Shown: piece by piece, positions 20,348 through 32,710 of the stretch | Position numbering within the stretch: position 1 is the stretch's first letter | How the letters are laid out: every line of letters starts with the position of its first letter | DNA from: Deinococcus sp. | Lineage (GTDB): Bacteria > Deinococcota > Deinococci > Deinococcales > Deinococcaceae | Length of the DNA stretch: 64,000 bases | NCBI GenBank assembly: GCA_965261005.1 | Contig: OZ253375.1 | Location: forward strand, 128,001 to 192,000 | Direction: 5' to 3' | Notes under the pieces: generated by a model | Database searches by the model: none | What the model saw: only the letters and a program-made list of their open reading frames with translations | What the model was told of the DNA's origin: nothing | Translations under genes and position numbers: made by a program

Positions 20348-22423
20348 ATGCCGACCGGCTGTGCGCCCCCCGGCGCAGGACCGCCCTTGAGCTGGCCGCT
20401 GCTGCTCTTGCTGTTCGCCGTCAGCTGCCTGTTGTGGCTGCGCTTGCCCGAGCGCGCCCTGGGCGTGTTGACGGCCCTGGTGGTGCTGGCGCTCGCCGCC
20501 GGCCTCGCGGCGCTGGGAGGGGCGCTGCGCGCGCAGGGGGCGCTGGTCGTCTCGGCGCTGCTGCTGGGCGGCGGCGTGGTCGGGGCAGAATGGGCGGCCC
20601 CCCGCGGCCGACCCAAGCGCGCGCGGGGAAGCAAGCCGGCCGCCCGCGTCAAAAGCGGCCCGGCGTCCAGTGGCCCGGTGACCAGTGGCCCGGTGACGGG
20701 CGAGCTGCGCCTGAGCGACTACGAGGTGATGGGGCGCATCGGGGTGGGCGGCATGGGCAACGTGTACCGCGCCCGGCGCATCTCGGACGCGCGCATATTG
20801 GCCCTCAAGGTGCCGCAGGAACAGTACCTGGCCGACGCCAAGTTCGTGAAGCGCTTTTACCGCGAGGCAGAGGTGCTCAAGCGCCTCGCGCACCCCAACA
20901 TCGTGAAGGTCTACGACTACAAGGCGGAGCCGGGCGAGCACTACATCGCCATGGAATACCTCGACGGCGAGACGCTGGAGCAGGTGCTCGAAACCCGCCC
21001 GCTTTCCTACGGCGAGAGCGTGCAGATCGTGCGCGCCCTGGCGGACGCGCTGCGGCACATTCACGCGCAGAACATCGTTCACCGCGATCTCAAGCCTGCC
21101 AACGTGATGGTGCTGCGCGGCGCCTTTAAAAACGGCCAGCTGCGCGAGGGCGGCGTCAAGCTGATGGACTTTGGCATCGCGGTGGGCAAGGTGCTGACCC
21201 GCCTGACCATGACCGGCGCCCGGGTGGGCACCCCCATCTACATGGCGCCCGAGCAGGCCAAGGGTCACAAGGTGGATGCCCGCAGCGACGTCTACAGCTT
21301 GGGCCTCTTGCTGTACGAGATGGTCACCGGCGAGAGCGCCTTTAAGGGCAGCTACGAGGCGGTGGTTCACCAACAGGTCTTCGAGATGCCCCGGCCGCCC
21401 AAGCAGATTCGCATGGACGTCCCCAGCAAGCTGAACGCCTTGGTGCTGCACATGATTGAAAAGGACCCGGTGCAGCGGCCGACCTTGGAGAGCGTGCTTG
21501 AGGCCATCGAGCGCGGCATTTTGGAGGACGATCGTTTCGACGACCCCCTGGCGCTCGCCCTGAGCGTGGGCGAGCGCCAGGGCGCTTTGCGGCTGCTCGA
21601 CACGGTGGGACGGCTGCGCCAAAGTCTGCGCGACCTCAGCGGCGAGCACGCCTTGCCCGCCGCGCCCAACGCCCTCGCGGCGGGCGCGGACGCGCACCTG
21701 TTCGCGGCGGTGGTCGCTTACCGCGCCGGCGCCGACGTGCCGCACATGTTGCACAAGTTGGCCAAGGACGGCCGCGAACTGCTCGCCTTCGGCCGCTACG
21801 GCCTGGGCGAGGGTGAGCTGCTTCAACCCATCAGCTTGGCGGCCTCGGCGGAGCGGCTGTTCGTGCTGGACGCCGAGACCTGCTTTGTCTCGATGTACAC
21901 CCTCTCGGGCGAGTACCTGGGCCGCTTCGGCGGGCGGGGGGCGGGACGCGGCAGCTTCGAGCGTCCGCTGTCGCTGGCGGTCAATCCCGGCGGCGACGTG
22001 TACGTGCTCGACGCGGGCAACCGCCAAATCCAGCGCTTTTCCCCGGAGGGCCGCTACCTGTCGCGCCTCGCCTTTAAGTTGGAGCGCCAAAGCGACACGC
22101 TGCGTCCGCTCAACGGCCTCGCGGTGGACCACCGCGGCGCCGTGTACGTGGCCGACGCGCAGGCCGAAAAGATCCGCCGCTTGGAGGCCGACGGCAAGCC
22201 CGGCGCCTCCTTTGCGCTCGAACCCCTGCAAGGTGAGCCGGAAGAAGCGCTGTGGCTGATCACGGTCGAGGAAAACGGCACGCTGTACTGCGCGCGCCAA
22301 GGCGGCCAAACCCTGCGCAAGTTCTCCGCCGACGGCAAGCTGCTCGCCACCGTGGACACCTACAGCCCGGTGCTGGCGCTCACCCTGTGGCGGCGCGGCG
22401 AAGCGCTCGCGGCGGCCGACTGA
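20348..22423 (+). CDS. Membrane Ser/Thr kinase with C-terminal NHL-repeat domain
   Basis: TM helices; GVGGMGNVY, HRDLKPAN, DFG, APE; NHL-like repeats (YVLDAGNRQIQRF). Confidence 0.92.
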   Translation: MPTGCAPPGAGPPLSWPLLLLLFAVSCLLWLRLPERALGVLTALVVLALAAGLAALGGALRAQGALVVSALLLGGGVVGAEWAAPRGRPKRARGSKPAARVKSGPASSGPVTSGPVTGELRLSDYEVMGRIGVGGMGNVYRARRISDARILALKVPQEQYLADAKFVKRFYREAEVLKRLAHPNIVKVYDYKAEPGEHYIAMEYLDGETLEQVLETRPLSYGESVQIVRALADALRHIHAQNIVHRDLKPANVMVLRGAFKNGQLREGGVKLMDFGIAVGKVLTRLTMTGARVGTPIYMAPEQAKGHKVDARSDVYSLGLLLYEMVTGESAFKGSYEAVVHQQVFEMPRPPKQIRMDVPSKLNALVLHMIEKDPVQRPTLESVLEAIERGILEDDRFDDPLALALSVGERQGALRLLDTVGRLRQSLRDLSGEHALPAAPNALAAGADAHLFAAVVAYRAGADVPHMLHKLAKDGRELLAFGRYGLGEGELLQPISLAASAERLFVLDAETCFVSMYTLSGEYLGRFGGRGAGRGSFERPLSLAVNPGGDVYVLDAGNRQIQRFSPEGRYLSRLAFKLERQSDTLRPLNGLAVDHRGAVYVADAQAEKIRRLEADGKPGASFALEPLQGEPEEALWLITVEENGTLYCARQGGQTLRKFSADGKLLATVDTYSPVLALTLWRRGEALAAAD

Positions 22424-22448
22424 TACCCCGGTTGATGCCCAGCGGGCG

Positions 22449-22889
22449 CTAGCTCAGCCGGGCCTCGACATACTCCCGCTCGCCGCTGACAATACGTAGG
22501 GCGGCCCCGACGTTTTTGGGAAACTCCTTGCCACGGTTGATCAGACGGATGTCGTAGCGGCCCACCTCAAAGCGCTCGACCAGATAGTCCACGGCCTTTT
22601 GCGCGTCGAACGCCTTACAGGAAAAGATGTCCGCGCTCAAAACGCCGCGCCTCGGAAAGGCGTGAATGGCGACGTGCGACTCGGCCAACAGGACCACGCC
22701 GCTGATGCCGCCGTCCTCCTCGCGCACCCCCGTGAAGTGCCGCAAATCGGGGGGAAGCAGCTTGGTCAGCTCGATTTCGCCGGGCAATTCGTCGAGAACG
22801 TGGCGAACGAGGTCGGGGTCTTCCAAGCGCTGTGCGCTGGCGTGGGAGCCGTCAATCATCAGGTGTGGGCCAAAACCGAACAGTTCCAC
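22449..22889 (-). CDS. speD: S-adenosylmethionine decarboxylase proenzyme
   Basis: GISGVVLLAESHVAIH self-cleavage motif, DIFSC; GGAGG RBS before GTG 22889. Confidence 0.85.
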   Translation of the reverse strand: MELFGFGPHLMIDGSHASAQRLEDPDLVRHVLDELPGEIELTKLLPPDLRHFTGVREEDGGISGVVLLAESHVAIHAFPRRGVLSADIFSCKAFDAQKAVDYLVERFEVGRYDIRLINRGKEFPKNVGAALRIVSGEREYVEARLS

Positions 22890-23113
22890 CGCGTCCTCCG
22901 CAAGCAGCCCGCCGCTTGAACCGGCGTGAAACGCCATCGTAGCGCGGGCCGTCCCCAAAGTCAAAATTTTTGATGGCCTACAGGTAAAAAATCGATCTTG
23001 GTGTGACCCGGAACAAGCGGCGGTCATCTGTACCGTCAGACGCGTTTTTTTGCGGACGCGGTGATAATGTAAAGGGCGGAAAAAGCCGCGCCAGCGGCAC
23101 AAAGGAGGGACAA

Positions 23114-23479
23114 ATGTACCGAGGCAGAGAGGGGCAGTGGGCCTTTTACCTCCACCGCCTGTCGGGGCTGGCCATTCTGGCCTATCTTCTGGTTCACGTC
23201 ATCAGCATCTCGCTCTTCATGTTCGGCGAAAACGCTTACTCGGTGCTGCACGCCCTCTACGAAAACCCGGTCTTCTCGTTCGGCCTAATTTTGGTGACGG
23301 GCGGCGTGCTGTACCACTCCCTGAACGGCTTGCGCATCGTGATGATGGACCTGACCGGGCGCGGCGTGGCGATTCAGCGCCAGCTGTGGTACGGCGTGCT
23401 GGTTTTGTCGGTGCTGGGCACCGGCTACGCCGCCTGGGTCGTGATCGCGCGCATTCTGCTGCTGGGGCGGCCCTCGTGA
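23114..23479 (+). CDS. sdhC: Succinate dehydrogenase cytochrome b subunit
   Basis: LHRLSG, HSLNGLR; AAAGGAGG RBS. Confidence 0.92.
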   Translation: MYRGREGQWAFYLHRLSGLAILAYLLVHVISISLFMFGENAYSVLHALYENPVFSFGLILVTGGVLYHSLNGLRIVMMDLTGRGVAIQRQLWYGVLVLSVLGTGYAAWVVIARILLLGRPS

Positions 23480-23874
23480 TTCGCGCCCGCGCCCTCGGCG
23501 ACGCGAAAAGCCAGGCCCACACCAACGCCGAGCTGAACTGGTGGATTTTCATGCGGGTCAGCGGCGTGGTGCTGGTCTTTTTGGTGCTGGGCCACATCTA
23601 CATGACTTTCTTGCAGGTTTCCGAGGCGGACGCCACCTTCGACGCGGTGGTGTACAAGCTGTCGCAGCCCGCTTGGAAGCTGTACGACTGGTCGCTCCTG
23701 AGCCTCGCGCTGCTGCACGGCGTCAACGGCGCGCGCTACTCCATCGAGGATTACACCCGCAGCCGGCCCAACCGCTTCTGGATCAAGACCATCTTTTACA
23801 CCGTGGTGGCGGCCATCTTCGTGCTGGGTTCGATTGGGCTGTTCAGCCTGTCGCCCTCGTTTTCGGGAAGCTGA
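23476..23874 (+). CDS. sdhD: Succinate dehydrogenase membrane anchor
   Basis: MRVSG, HGVNG..IEDY; operon order. Confidence 0.9.
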   Translation: MIRARALGDAKSQAHTNAELNWWIFMRVSGVVLVFLVLGHIYMTFLQVSEADATFDAVVYKLSQPAWKLYDWSLLSLALLHGVNGARYSIEDYTRSRPNRFWIKTIFYTVVAAIFVLGSIGLFSLSPSFSGS

Positions 23875-23882
23875 GGAGGCAA

Positions 23883-25634
<1,752 letters not shown>

Positions 25635-25650
25635 GAACCTGGAGTCCCAC

Positions 25651-26358
<708 letters not shown>

Positions 26359-26386
26359 GGACACGCAGACGAATCAAGACGAGCGA

Positions 26387-26421
26387 GGGGCCGCCGGAGA
26401 TTTATTTCCGGCGGCCCTTTT
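26387..26421 (+). terminator. Rho-independent terminator after sdhB
   Basis: GGGCCGCCGGA...TCCGGCGGCCC stem followed by TTTT. Confidence 0.8.
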
Positions 26422-26434
26422 GAAAGTCTTTATT

Positions 26435-26923
26435 TTAGAATTGAAAGGCGTACCTCGCGCCGGTCCCATCGTTGCACTCGCCGTTGCCGTTGTTGACGTT
26501 GTCCACCACAAAGGAACACGAGAGGGTCGCGCCGGCCGCCGTCTTGGCGATGATGTTGCCTTGGCGGGTCGAGTCGTCCACTTGGTAGTTCTGGGGATAG
26601 CCGAGGCCGCCGAAGATGCCCAGACCGGAGCCATAACCGAAGCCGTAACCGCCGTAGCCGCCGAAACTCGCGCCCACGCCGATGCTGGAGCGCACGTTCG
26701 AGCGCCCGCTCAGGACGTTGTACTGGCCGTTGTAGATCCGGCTGCCGAACTCGATCACAACGCCGCCGCGCGCGTTGCCGGTGCCCAGGCTGCCCAGCGT
26801 GATACGCCCTTCCTGGCCGGTGTTGACGTTGACAATACGCCCCACGCGCGACTGGTTGTAGGCAGGCGCGCAGGCGCCGAGCAGCGCGGCCCCTCCGGCG
26901 GCGAATAGCAGATAACGTTTCAT
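26435..26923 (-). CDS. Lipoprotein with Gly/Tyr-rich loop
   Basis: Lipobox LGAC; GGGAGG RBS. Confidence 0.75.
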   Translation of the reverse strand: MKRYLLFAAGGAALLGACAPAYNQSRVGRIVNVNTGQEGRITLGSLGTGNARGGVVIEFGSRIYNGQYNVLSGRSNVRSSIGVGASFGGYGGYGFGYGSGLGIFGGLGYPQNYQVDDSTRQGNIIAKTAAGATLSCSFVVDNVNNGNGECNDGTGARYAFQF

Positions 26924-26995
26924 GCAGACCTCCCTTTCGTCTTGGTTCTCAGCGTAGGGGCGTCCCCATGAAAACGGCTGAACGGCGCCTGAACC

Positions 26996-27325
26996 TCATC
27001 CCTGTGTTTGTGGCCTGGCCTGCGAAGACGCCACGACCTCGTGGATTTCCAAGGCGTTTTGACCGCTGAAGGCGTCCCTTGGCAAGCTGCCCGAGCGGGC
27101 GTGGCCCTGCTTAAAGGCGTCCGACTGGGTCCAGGCCTCGAAGGCCTCGCGGCTTTCCCACAAGGTCAGCACCACGTAGGGTTCGCCCGGCTGGGTCGGG
27201 CGCAGCACGTAGTTGCTCAGGAAGCCGGGCATGTGGTCCACCAAGCCCGCCCGGTCGCGAAAGCGCTGCTCGAACTGCTCGGCGTATTGGGGGTTGACGT
27301 GCATACGGTTGGCGACGGTGATCAC
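26996..27325 (-). CDS. Antibiotic biosynthesis monooxygenase family (IsdG/MhuD-like)
   Basis: VANR...FEQRF...WESREAFEAWTQSDAFKQGH. Confidence 0.88.
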   Translation of the reverse strand: MITVANRMHVNPQYAEQFEQRFRDRAGLVDHMPGFLSNYVLRPTQPGEPYVVLTLWESREAFEAWTQSDAFKQGHARSGSLPRDAFSGQNALEIHEVVASSQARPQTQG

Positions 27326-27390
27326 ACCAAGAGCCTAAAACCTGCCGAGGCGGCGCGGCTGTGACGCGGTTTGGCTGAAGCTTGCGACAG

Positions 27391-28014
27391 CTACAAGCCC
27401 AGCAGCCCCAGCGCGGCGGTGTCCCGCAGCTCGTTCAGAAACGGCGCGATCAGCTCGCTGTTGTGCGGGTTCGGCGGCGGCACGATTTCGCTCCAGTCGG
27501 GCAGACGGCCGCTTTGTAGATTTCGCGCGGCGGCGCGCAGATCGAATGCCGGCACGCCCAGGGCGCGGTTCACCTGCGCGCGCACGTCGGCGTACTCGCC
27601 CTCGCTGAGGCCCTCGCGCAGCAAAGCTCGCTGCTGCGCCCCTTTCGCCCGGCTGAGAAAGCCGCCCGCTTCCCGCAGGACGCCCAAAACCTTAAGCGTG
27701 CCGGGCGGGTCGCCGTTCGCAACTCCCTGATAGACGTTCTGCAACCGCTCGAAGTCCTGCCCGACCGCGTCCCGCACGTCGCGCCGCACCCGCACGAATT
27801 GGCGGACCTGCGCGGCGCCCAGGCGCACGTCGGCGCGCGGGGCGGACGGCAGCTGTTGGCCCTGTCCGCCGGAGGTCAGCGGCGCGCTCAGGGAGCGGAA
27901 GCCGCCTAGCACGTTTTGCACCGGCCGGTACACAAAAAAGTAGCCGCCCAGGCCCAGCGTCAGCAGCACGGCCACGAAGCCGCCCAAACACCCGTACAGC
28001 GCCTCTCGTCCCAC
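27391..28014 (-). CDS. Hypothetical membrane-anchored protein
   Basis: N-terminal TM helix; GC3-rich. Confidence 0.7.
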   Translation of the reverse strand: MGREALYGCLGGFVAVLLTLGLGGYFFVYRPVQNVLGGFRSLSAPLTSGGQGQQLPSAPRADVRLGAAQVRQFVRVRRDVRDAVGQDFERLQNVYQGVANGDPPGTLKVLGVLREAGGFLSRAKGAQQRALLREGLSEGEYADVRAQVNRALGVPAFDLRAAARNLQSGRLPDWSEIVPPPNPHNSELIAPFLNELRDTAALGLLGL

Positions 28015-28047
28015 CCCCTCATTCTGCCCGGAGGCGGTGAGAAGGAA

Positions 28048-28674
28048 TCACGGCCAGTGCCGCACCAGCAGGGCGCGGCCCGATTGCACCTCGGCGCGCA
28101 CAGCCACACCCGTCGCCTCGTTGGACAAGGTCCAGCCCGAACCGACCGGCACGTCGGCATCCCGCAAGGGCCAGCGAACACCCGCGAGACTCAGGCCCGC
28201 AAGGTCGTCGAGCGCCACCACGCTCAGCACTTGGCCGGGAAAGGTCGGGAAGATTGTGTCCTGTCCGGCCACCAGCGGCAGCGCCGACTGGTCGCCGCCG
28301 TGCAGCTCGACGTGTGGGCCGGTGCGCACCGCCAGCAGCGCGAGTGCCAAGGTGTGGTCCACCCGTCCCCCAAAGGCGCCCCAAAAGGTGACGTGCGTGG
28401 CGCCCCGCTCCGTGGCGACTCTGAGCGCCAGCTCGGCGTCGGTAAAGTCCTTGGCGCGCGGAACTGGCTCGCGCGGAATATCTGCGAAGCGCGGGTCATG
28501 AAGGTCGCTGGAGTCGAAATCGCCCACCCACAGGTCGGGCCGGACGCCCAGCAGCCCCGCGTGACGAATGCCGCCGTCGGCCGCGATCACCAGGTCCGGC
28601 CGCTCGGCGCGGCGACGGCGCAGCTCGACCGTGCCGTGCAGCTCGCCGCCGACCAGAATCCAAACCTCAGCCAC
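28048..28674 (-). CDS. thiN: Thiamine diphosphokinase
   Basis: IAADGG, GDFDS, KDFTD, GGRVDH, SNE. Confidence 0.92.
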   Translation of the reverse strand: MAEVWILVGGELHGTVELRRRRAERPDLVIAADGGIRHAGLLGVRPDLWVGDFDSSDLHDPRFADIPREPVPRAKDFTDAELALRVATERGATHVTFWGAFGGRVDHTLALALLAVRTGPHVELHGGDQSALPLVAGQDTIFPTFPGQVLSVVALDDLAGLSLAGVRWPLRDADVPVGSGWTLSNEATGVAVRAEVQSGRALLVRHWP

Positions 28675-29635
28675 GCTCCCCCTCCAGGTCGCTCGGCAGC
28701 AGGCGGCAGCGCGCTCTATCCACCGTCAGCCGCAAGGTGTCCTTTGCCAACTCGGCCTCACGCGGGCTGAGGGCCAGGGTCAGCGGGCCGAGGTCGTGCG
28801 CCACCTCGATGAGCGTTCCCACGCCGTCCGCCCGGCGCCCCGTCACGGGATAGGCCGGCCCCTCGCCCAGCTTCACAGCCTCCTCGGGCACCAGCAGCGT
28901 TTCCGCGCCGCGCGGCAGCAAGTTGCGGTGGCCGAGAAAGGCGGCGGCCCAGGCGCTCACCGGGCTGGCCCGTACCAAATCGGCCGGTCCCAATTGCACC
29001 AGCCTTCCGGCGCGCATCAGGGCCAGCGTCCCGGCGAGCGAAAGCGCCTCGCGCTGGTCGTGCGTGACCAGCAAGGTCGTCACGCCCAAACGGGTGAACA
29101 GCGCGCGCAGCTCGCCCTGCAACTCGGCCCGCAGCCGCTCGTCGAGGTTGGACAGCGGCTCGTCGAGCAGCAGCAGCTTCGGGCGTGGCGCCAGAGAGCG
29201 CGCCAGGGCCACGCGCTGCTGCTGCCCCCCGGACAGCTCGGTCACGCGGCGTGCGGCGAGCGCCTCCAAGCCGACCAGCGCTAGCGCCTCACGCGCCCGA
29301 ACATCGGCCGCCCTTTTGTCCAGCCCGCGCGCCCTCGGCCCGTAGGCCACGTTGCCCAGCACGCTGAGGTGTGGAAACAGCGCGTAGTCCTGAAAGACCA
29401 GCGACAGGTCGCGCCGCTCGGGCGCCCACTTCGTCACGTCCGCCCCGTTCAGGCACACCCGCCCCGCGTCCGGCGCCTCCAGCCCCGCGATCAGGCGCAG
29501 CAGCGTGCTCTTGCCGCAGCCGCTCGGCCCGAGGAGCGCCAGCGTGCCGCCACTTTCCAAGCTCAGCGACACGTCCCGCACGGCCGCCACCTTTCCGTAC
29601 TGCTTGGAGAGATGTTCCAGCGCCAGGGCACTCAC
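28667..29635 (-). CDS. thiQ: Thiamine ABC transporter ATPase (alternative start 29653)
   Basis: GPSGCGKS, LSGGQQQR, DEP; thi operon context. Confidence 0.85.
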   Translation of the reverse strand: MSALALEHLSKQYGKVAAVRDVSLSLESGGTLALLGPSGCGKSTLLRLIAGLEAPDAGRVCLNGADVTKWAPERRDLSLVFQDYALFPHLSVLGNVAYGPRARGLDKRAADVRAREALALVGLEALAARRVTELSGGQQQRVALARSLAPRPKLLLLDEPLSNLDERLRAELQGELRALFTRLGVTTLLVTHDQREALSLAGTLALMRAGRLVQLGPADLVRASPVSAWAAAFLGHRNLLPRGAETLLVPEEAVKLGEGPAYPVTGRRADGVGTLIEVAHDLGPLTLALSPREAELAKDTLRLTVDRARCRLLPSDLEGERG

Positions 29636-29770
29636 AGCACGTTCCGTTTCCATTGAGGGTCGAACAGCACGCCCCTCAATTCCAACTTCAGCGCTGTGAC
29701 AGTCATTTCTACTCGCTCCGCTCGCCTGGCATTGAGGAAAAGCGCCTCAATGCCAGTGAAATTTGTTCTC
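29636..29770. repeat. Small non-coding repeat / MITE-like element
   Basis: Two hairpins (ATTGAGGG..CCCTCAAT; CTGGCATTGAGG..CCTCAATGCCAG) around CTACTCGCTCCGCTCG core. Confidence 0.6.
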
Positions 29771-31307
29771 ACTCCACCGCCCCCCGCCCGCCCAGCAACG
29801 CAAAGCAGGCCAGCGAGAGGCCCATCAGCAGGGTTGCCAGGGCGCTGGCCTCGCCGAGGTTCTGACTGCCCGGCCGGGCGAGCACCTCGGCCACGCCGAG
29901 GGAAAGGGTGGTCCACTCGGGCCGCGCCAGGACCAGGGTCGCGGCGAACTCGCCGAACACCGTGGCGAGGGCGAGGGCCGCTCCCCCGCGCAGGGCGGGC
30001 AGCACCAGCGGGAGCGTGACGCTCCCCAGCACGCGGGCGGGCGAGCTGCCCAGCGTCCGGGCCGCCTCCAACACCCCCCTTGGCAGGGCGCGTAGCGCCG
30101 GCAGCAGGCTGCGGGTCACCAGGGGCGCGGCCAGCAGCACGTAGGCGAACAGCAGCAGCGGCAGGGCGGCGCGCAGCCTGGGGTAGAGCAGCAGGTAGCC
30201 GACCGAGAGGCTGATGGGGGAGACCATCAGGGGCAGCAGCGACAGCAAATCGAGAATGCGCGAACGCCGGGCGCCCAGCGCGTGCAGCCCCCCGAAGAAG
30301 ACCGCGCCCAGCAGCGCCACCAAACCGAAGCCCAGGGTGTTGCGCAGCATCAGGCCCAAAGGGGCGCCCTCCAGCTGGGTCAACCCCTGCCAGTAGGCCA
30401 GCGTGAACCCGCCCCCGTCCAGCAGCGAACGCGCCACGACCGCCAGCAGCGGCCCGAAGCACAGCAGCAGCGTGAGGGGCAGCAGAACGGCCAGAAAGAT
30501 AGCGCCCAGACTGCGCGGCCTCGGCAGCGCACGGGCCAACTGCACCCCGCTTCCCCCGCGCGCCGCCAGCCACAGATAGGCGCTTCCGGCCAGCACCGTC
30601 ACGACCAGCTGCGCCCCGACCAGCGCCCCGGCCTGCGCCAGCTTGAGCTGGTAGATCGTCAGGCTGTAGACCTCGACCTCCAGCGTGGCGTAGTCGGCCC
30701 CACCCAGCAAAAAAGGGATGCCGAAGCTGAGGGCGCTGTACAAAAAGACCAGCGCCGCCCCGGCCAAGAGTCCCGGCAGCGCCAGCGGCAGGGCGACTGT
30801 GAGGGCCGCTCCTACCTGACTCTTCCCAAGGGTGCGTGCCGCCGCCAGCAACTCTGGCGGCACCCGCGCGAAGCCGGCGTGTGAGAGCCTCACCATCAGC
30901 GGCAGGTTGAAGAAGAGGTTGCCGAGAATGACGATGGCCCCGCTCTCCGACAAGTCGAGGCCGGTGAAGCCGCGCGGCCCCACCAGCGCCAGCAGGCCCA
31001 TCGCGGCCACCAGCGTCGGGGTCACGAAGGGCAGCAGCAGGGCGCGCAGCAGGGTCTCCTTGAAGGGCAACCGGTAGCTGGCAAGCAGGTACGCCAGCGG
31101 CCCGCCCAGCAGCACGGCCAAGAGGGCGCTCAGGCCCGCCTGCCCCAGCGTCCAGGCCAGCCGCCCCCGGTAGTACGGCTCGGCGAACACGTCCCAGCGC
31201 GCCCCGCCCTCGGCCAAGACCCGGACCAGCGGCGCCGCCAGAAAAAAGCCGATCAGCAGCAGCGGCGGTGAGGCGACCAGCCACGGGCGCGCGAACCGGA
31301 CCGTCAC
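29769..31307 (-). CDS. thiP: Thiamine ABC transporter permease
   Basis: Two EAA-type motifs (AAARTLG, EAARTLG); operon context. Confidence 0.88.
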   Translation of the reverse strand: MTVRFARPWLVASPPLLLIGFFLAAPLVRVLAEGGARWDVFAEPYYRGRLAWTLGQAGLSALLAVLLGGPLAYLLASYRLPFKETLLRALLLPFVTPTLVAAMGLLALVGPRGFTGLDLSESGAIVILGNLFFNLPLMVRLSHAGFARVPPELLAAARTLGKSQVGAALTVALPLALPGLLAGAALVFLYSALSFGIPFLLGGADYATLEVEVYSLTIYQLKLAQAGALVGAQLVVTVLAGSAYLWLAARGGSGVQLARALPRPRSLGAIFLAVLLPLTLLLCFGPLLAVVARSLLDGGGFTLAYWQGLTQLEGAPLGLMLRNTLGFGLVALLGAVFFGGLHALGARRSRILDLLSLLPLMVSPISLSVGYLLLYPRLRAALPLLLFAYVLLAAPLVTRSLLPALRALPRGVLEAARTLGSSPARVLGSVTLPLVLPALRGGAALALATVFGEFAATLVLARPEWTTLSLGVAEVLARPGSQNLGEASALATLLMGLSLACFALLGGRGAVE

Positions 31308-31314
31308 CCCGGGT

Positions 31315-32331
31315 TTACTTCTCGCCGCGCAGCACCACGGCGGTCCAGCGGTCGGTCCAGGTTTGCGCTTTGCCGGCGATCTGGCCCAGACTCAGCTTGG
31401 CGCTCTGCGGCGGCGTCTGGGCGAACTTGAACACCGGGTCGAGCTTCACCCCCCCCCGCGCCGGATAGACCCACATACGGGTGGGAAAGTCTTGCTGCGC
31501 CTCTTGTGACAGCATGAAGTCCACGAACTTCCTCGCCAACTCGGGCTGCTGCGTGCCCTTGAGCAGGCCCACGCCCTCCACCTGCAAAAAGGTGCTGCCG
31601 GGCAAAAACAGGTTGGCGGTCGGGCTGTCATTCAGCTTGGTCTTGCTGTAAAAGACTTCGGCGGCGGGGCTGGTGGCGTAGCTGACGACGATGGGGTACT
31701 TGCCGCCGTTCAGCGAGAAGTCGGTGTAATAAGCGCCGTTCCAGCCGTTGGCGACGCGCAGACCGTTCGCCTTCATCGCCCGCCACCAGCCCCAGCCCTT
31801 GGCCTCGCCGAAGTGGTTCACGGTCGCCATCAAAAAGGCGAGGCCGGGGCTGGAGGTCGCCGGGTTCTCCACGACCAACAGGTTTTTGTAGGCCGGCTTG
31901 GTCAGGTCCTCCAAGGTCTTGGGCAGCGCCAGTTGGCGCTTCTCGAAGTACGCCTTGTCATAGTTGAGGGCCACGTAGCCGTAGTCCACGGCGTTCAGCA
32001 AATTGCCGGGCAGGCGGTATTGGGCAGGCACGTTCTCGCTGGCCGGGCTGCTGTACGGCGCCAGAACGCCCGCCGCCCGCGCCTTGCCCAGCAGGGTGTT
32101 GTCGAGGCCGTACACCACGTCGGCGATGGGGGCGGCCCCCGTCAGGATCAGCTTGTTGAGCAGCGCGCCCGCGTCGCCGCCCTTGATAAAGCGCAGCTTG
32201 GCGCCGTTTTCCCGCTCGAACTGGGCGATCAGCTTTTTGTCCAGATCGAAGGAATCGTGGGTGATGACCGTCAGATCGGCGGCGCGGGCAACGGTGCCCA
32301 AGAGTAGGGCCAGAACGACATATCTCGACAT
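31315..32331 (-). CDS. thiB: Thiamine ABC transporter substrate-binding protein
   Basis: Signal peptide, THDSF, GLDN, SSPG, SYATSP; downstream of TPP riboswitch. Confidence 0.92.
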   Translation of the reverse strand: MSRYVVLALLLGTVARAADLTVITHDSFDLDKKLIAQFERENGAKLRFIKGGDAGALLNKLILTGAAPIADVVYGLDNTLLGKARAAGVLAPYSSPASENVPAQYRLPGNLLNAVDYGYVALNYDKAYFEKRQLALPKTLEDLTKPAYKNLLVVENPATSSPGLAFLMATVNHFGEAKGWGWWRAMKANGLRVANGWNGAYYTDFSLNGGKYPIVVSYATSPAAEVFYSKTKLNDSPTANLFLPGSTFLQVEGVGLLKGTQQPELARKFVDFMLSQEAQQDFPTRMWVYPARGGVKLDPVFKFAQTPPQSAKLSLGQIAGKAQTWTDRWTAVVLRGEK

Positions 32332-32385
32332 AAAAATCCCCCTTTGTGCGCCACAAAGGGGAGGTGAACAGACGCGCCTGGGCGC

Positions 32386-32469
32386 GGTCACGCTCCCTCC
32401 GCCAGCATGAACTGGATCAGGTTCTTGGGGTCTCTCTCAGCCTTGAATCTCAAGGCACCCCCGGTGACG
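32386..32469 (-). ncRNA. TPP riboswitch
   Basis: Minus strand GGGGTGC...CTGAGA...CCC..GAACCTGATCCAGTTCATGCTGGCGGAGGGA upstream of thiB. Confidence 0.95.
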
Positions 32470-32560
32470 CGCCGGCAGTATAGCGCGGCGGCCGGGGACT
32501 TCTGCCAAACTTCACGAATTCAAAAAGGCATTCCGCCCTTCATTTCTTGAGCGCCGACCA

Positions 32561-32701
32561 CTAGAGCGTTTGTCAGAAGTGTTGAGTGCTCTTCTCAATA
32601 CTTCCCGAGTGGAACGAGTAGCAAGGGGAGGGCGTTTGGCAATGGCATGGAGCGGTGGAGGCGAAGCTGGAAGCGCGCAATAGAATTGACAAATGCTCTA
32701 G
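32561..32701. mobile_element. 141-bp MITE-like element
   Basis: Terminal inverted repeats CTAGAGCGTTTGTCA / TGACAAATGCTCTAG (14/15). Confidence 0.75.
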
Positions 32702-32710
32702 GCTGCCCTT

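Noticed and set aside
18527..22309. 1260-aa minus-strand ORF
   Set aside because: Its N-terminal half is antisense shadow of the kinase gene; the real CDS starts near 20218.
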